Below, in pieces: positions 16,926-17,961 of a stretch of 17,961 nucleotides of DNA. The translations under genes were made by a program, and so were the position numbers. Within the stretch, counting starts at the first letter, position 1. Each line of letters opens with the position of its first letter. The notes beneath the pieces were generated by a model. The model was not told where the DNA came from, ran no database searches, and was given only the letters and a program-made list of their open reading frames with translations. Origin of the DNA: Candidatus Calescibacterium sp. (GTDB taxonomy: Bacteria; Calescibacteriota; Calescibacteriia; Calescibacteriales; Calescibacteriaceae); contig JAVVGL010000035.1 in assembly GCA_032249135.1 (NCBI GenBank), positions 1 through 17,961 on the forward strand, written 5' to 3'.

Positions 16926-17450
16926 ATGAGGATAGGGGATAGTATTATAGATTTCAAGCTGCCAGGAGTAGACGGTAAAATATATTCTCTTTCTTCGTTT
17001 GAAAAAGGGAAACCAATAGCAGTTATTTTTTGGTGCAATCACTGTCCATATGTCAAAGCGTGGGAAGATAGAATTATAAGATTGGGAAGGGAATATGCAG
17101 GAAAAGTTCAGTTTGTTCTTATAAATGCAAATGACCCCACAAAGTATCCGGAGGATTCTTTTGAGAACATGAAAAAGAGGGCTGAGGAGAAAAAATATCC
17201 ATTCCCTTATCTTTTTGATGAAAGTCAAGAAGTTCCAAAAGCATACGGAGCTCAAAGGACTCCCGAAATATTCCTTTTTGATTCTGAATGGAAGCTTGTA
17301 TATCATGGAGCACCAGACGATAACTGGGAAGATGAATCAAAAGTGAAAAAACACTATTTCAAAGATGCTATTGAAAGCTTACTTTCTGGTAAAAAGATAG
17401 AGGTTCAGGAAACTCAACCTGTTGGATGTACGATAAAGTGGAAAAAATAA
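16926..17450 (+). CDS. Thioredoxin-fold redoxin (AhpC/TSA, PRX-like1 type)
   Basis: Motifs DFKLPGVDG, WCNHCPYV, INAND, YPFPYLFDESQ, GAQRTPE, YHG..DD and C-terminal GCTIKW. Confidence 0.92.
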   Translation: MRIGDSIIDFKLPGVDGKIYSLSSFEKGKPIAVIFWCNHCPYVKAWEDRIIRLGREYAGKVQFVLINANDPTKYPEDSFENMKKRAEEKKYPFPYLFDESQEVPKAYGAQRTPEIFLFDSEWKLVYHGAPDDNWEDESKVKKHYFKDAIESLLSGKKIEVQETQPVGCTIKWKK

Positions 17451-17902
17451 AAAAAAAATTTATCTCATTCTTATCGGAATCACCAGATGAAACGAAAAGT
17501 ATAGCTGAAAAAATAATTTCAGAATTTAGCAAAAATAGAGTTTTCTTACTTTTTGGAGAAATAGGTAGCGGAAAAACGACCTTCATAAAAGGTGTAGCAA
17601 AAAAATTAGGAATAGATGAGGACGCAATAACATCTCCAACTTTCAGCATATCACAAGAGTACTGGGGAGAAGAGAAAAATATAGTTCATATAGACCTTTA
17701 CAGGTTAGAAAACAAAAAAGAAATTGAAGAGGTAGTAAATTTTATTTGTGAAAAATACAAAGAAGACAAAAATAGTCTGATTTTCATAGAGTGGGCAGAA
17801 AAACTTGAAGAATACGAAAAACTCCTCCCGGAAAGCATAAAAATAAATTTGAAGTTTGGAAAAAACGAAACTCAACGGGAAATTGAAGTTATAAGCGAAT
17901 AA
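17438..17902 (+). CDS. tsaE: tRNA threonylcarbamoyladenosine biosynthesis ATPase TsaE
   Basis: Motifs GEIGSGKTTF, ITSPTF, HIDLYRL and IEWAE. The start is GTG 17438 or ATG 17426, both overlapping the redoxin end. Confidence 0.93.
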   Translation: MEKIKKKFISFLSESPDETKSIAEKIISEFSKNRVFLLFGEIGSGKTTFIKGVAKKLGIDEDAITSPTFSISQEYWGEEKNIVHIDLYRLENKKEIEEVVNFICEKYKEDKNSLIFIEWAEKLEEYEKLLPESIKINLKFGKNETQREIEVISE

Positions 17903-17931
17903 AATTTATAAGAGAACAAAATTCAGAACCC

Positions 17932-17961
17932 TTACTCAACCTTCTTCCTAACATAGTAAAT
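17932..17961 (-). CDS. Possible 3' end of a gene entering from the right edge (...IYYVRKKVE*)
   Basis: Only nine sense codons ending in TAA at 17932-17934, convergent with tsaE. Confidence 0.25.
   Translation of the reverse strand: MYYVRKKVE

Noticed and set aside
16785-17306. 173-aa minus-strand ORF
   Set aside because: Mostly antisense to the well-conserved redoxin, with the F/I/L-rich composition of a shadow ORF.

Overview
AT-rich bacterial chromosomal window (roughly 30% GC by eye) from a diderm organism (it encodes LptB). The K/E/I-rich proteins suggest a possible thermophile (inference). It is mostly housekeeping and envelope genes detached from their usual operons: nusB-like, GldA-like ABC ATPase, WecA/TagO-type transferase coupled to a PIG-L deacetylase, lptB, a DctP/TatP-type binding protein, CNNM/CorC protein, acyl-CoA dehydrogenase, AmiC-type amidase, beta-lactamase-fold serine hydrolase, CopA-type ATPase, a redoxin and tsaE. 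The most notable locus is largely missed by the ORF track (11175-11957). It holds a full-length MerR-family regulator interrupted by one in-frame TAG at codon 38, a 22-bp MerR-type operator palindrome, and a divergent 52-aa CPACGQCP mini-protein with the most canonical Shine-Dalgarno I saw. Other oddities are a PDZ-less HtrA-type lipoprotein protease with a ~120-aa Cys-rich insertion between its catalytic His and Asp, and a minimal CheA-like kinase (Hpt + ATPase only). I found no rRNA, tRNA, CRISPR array or mobile element.
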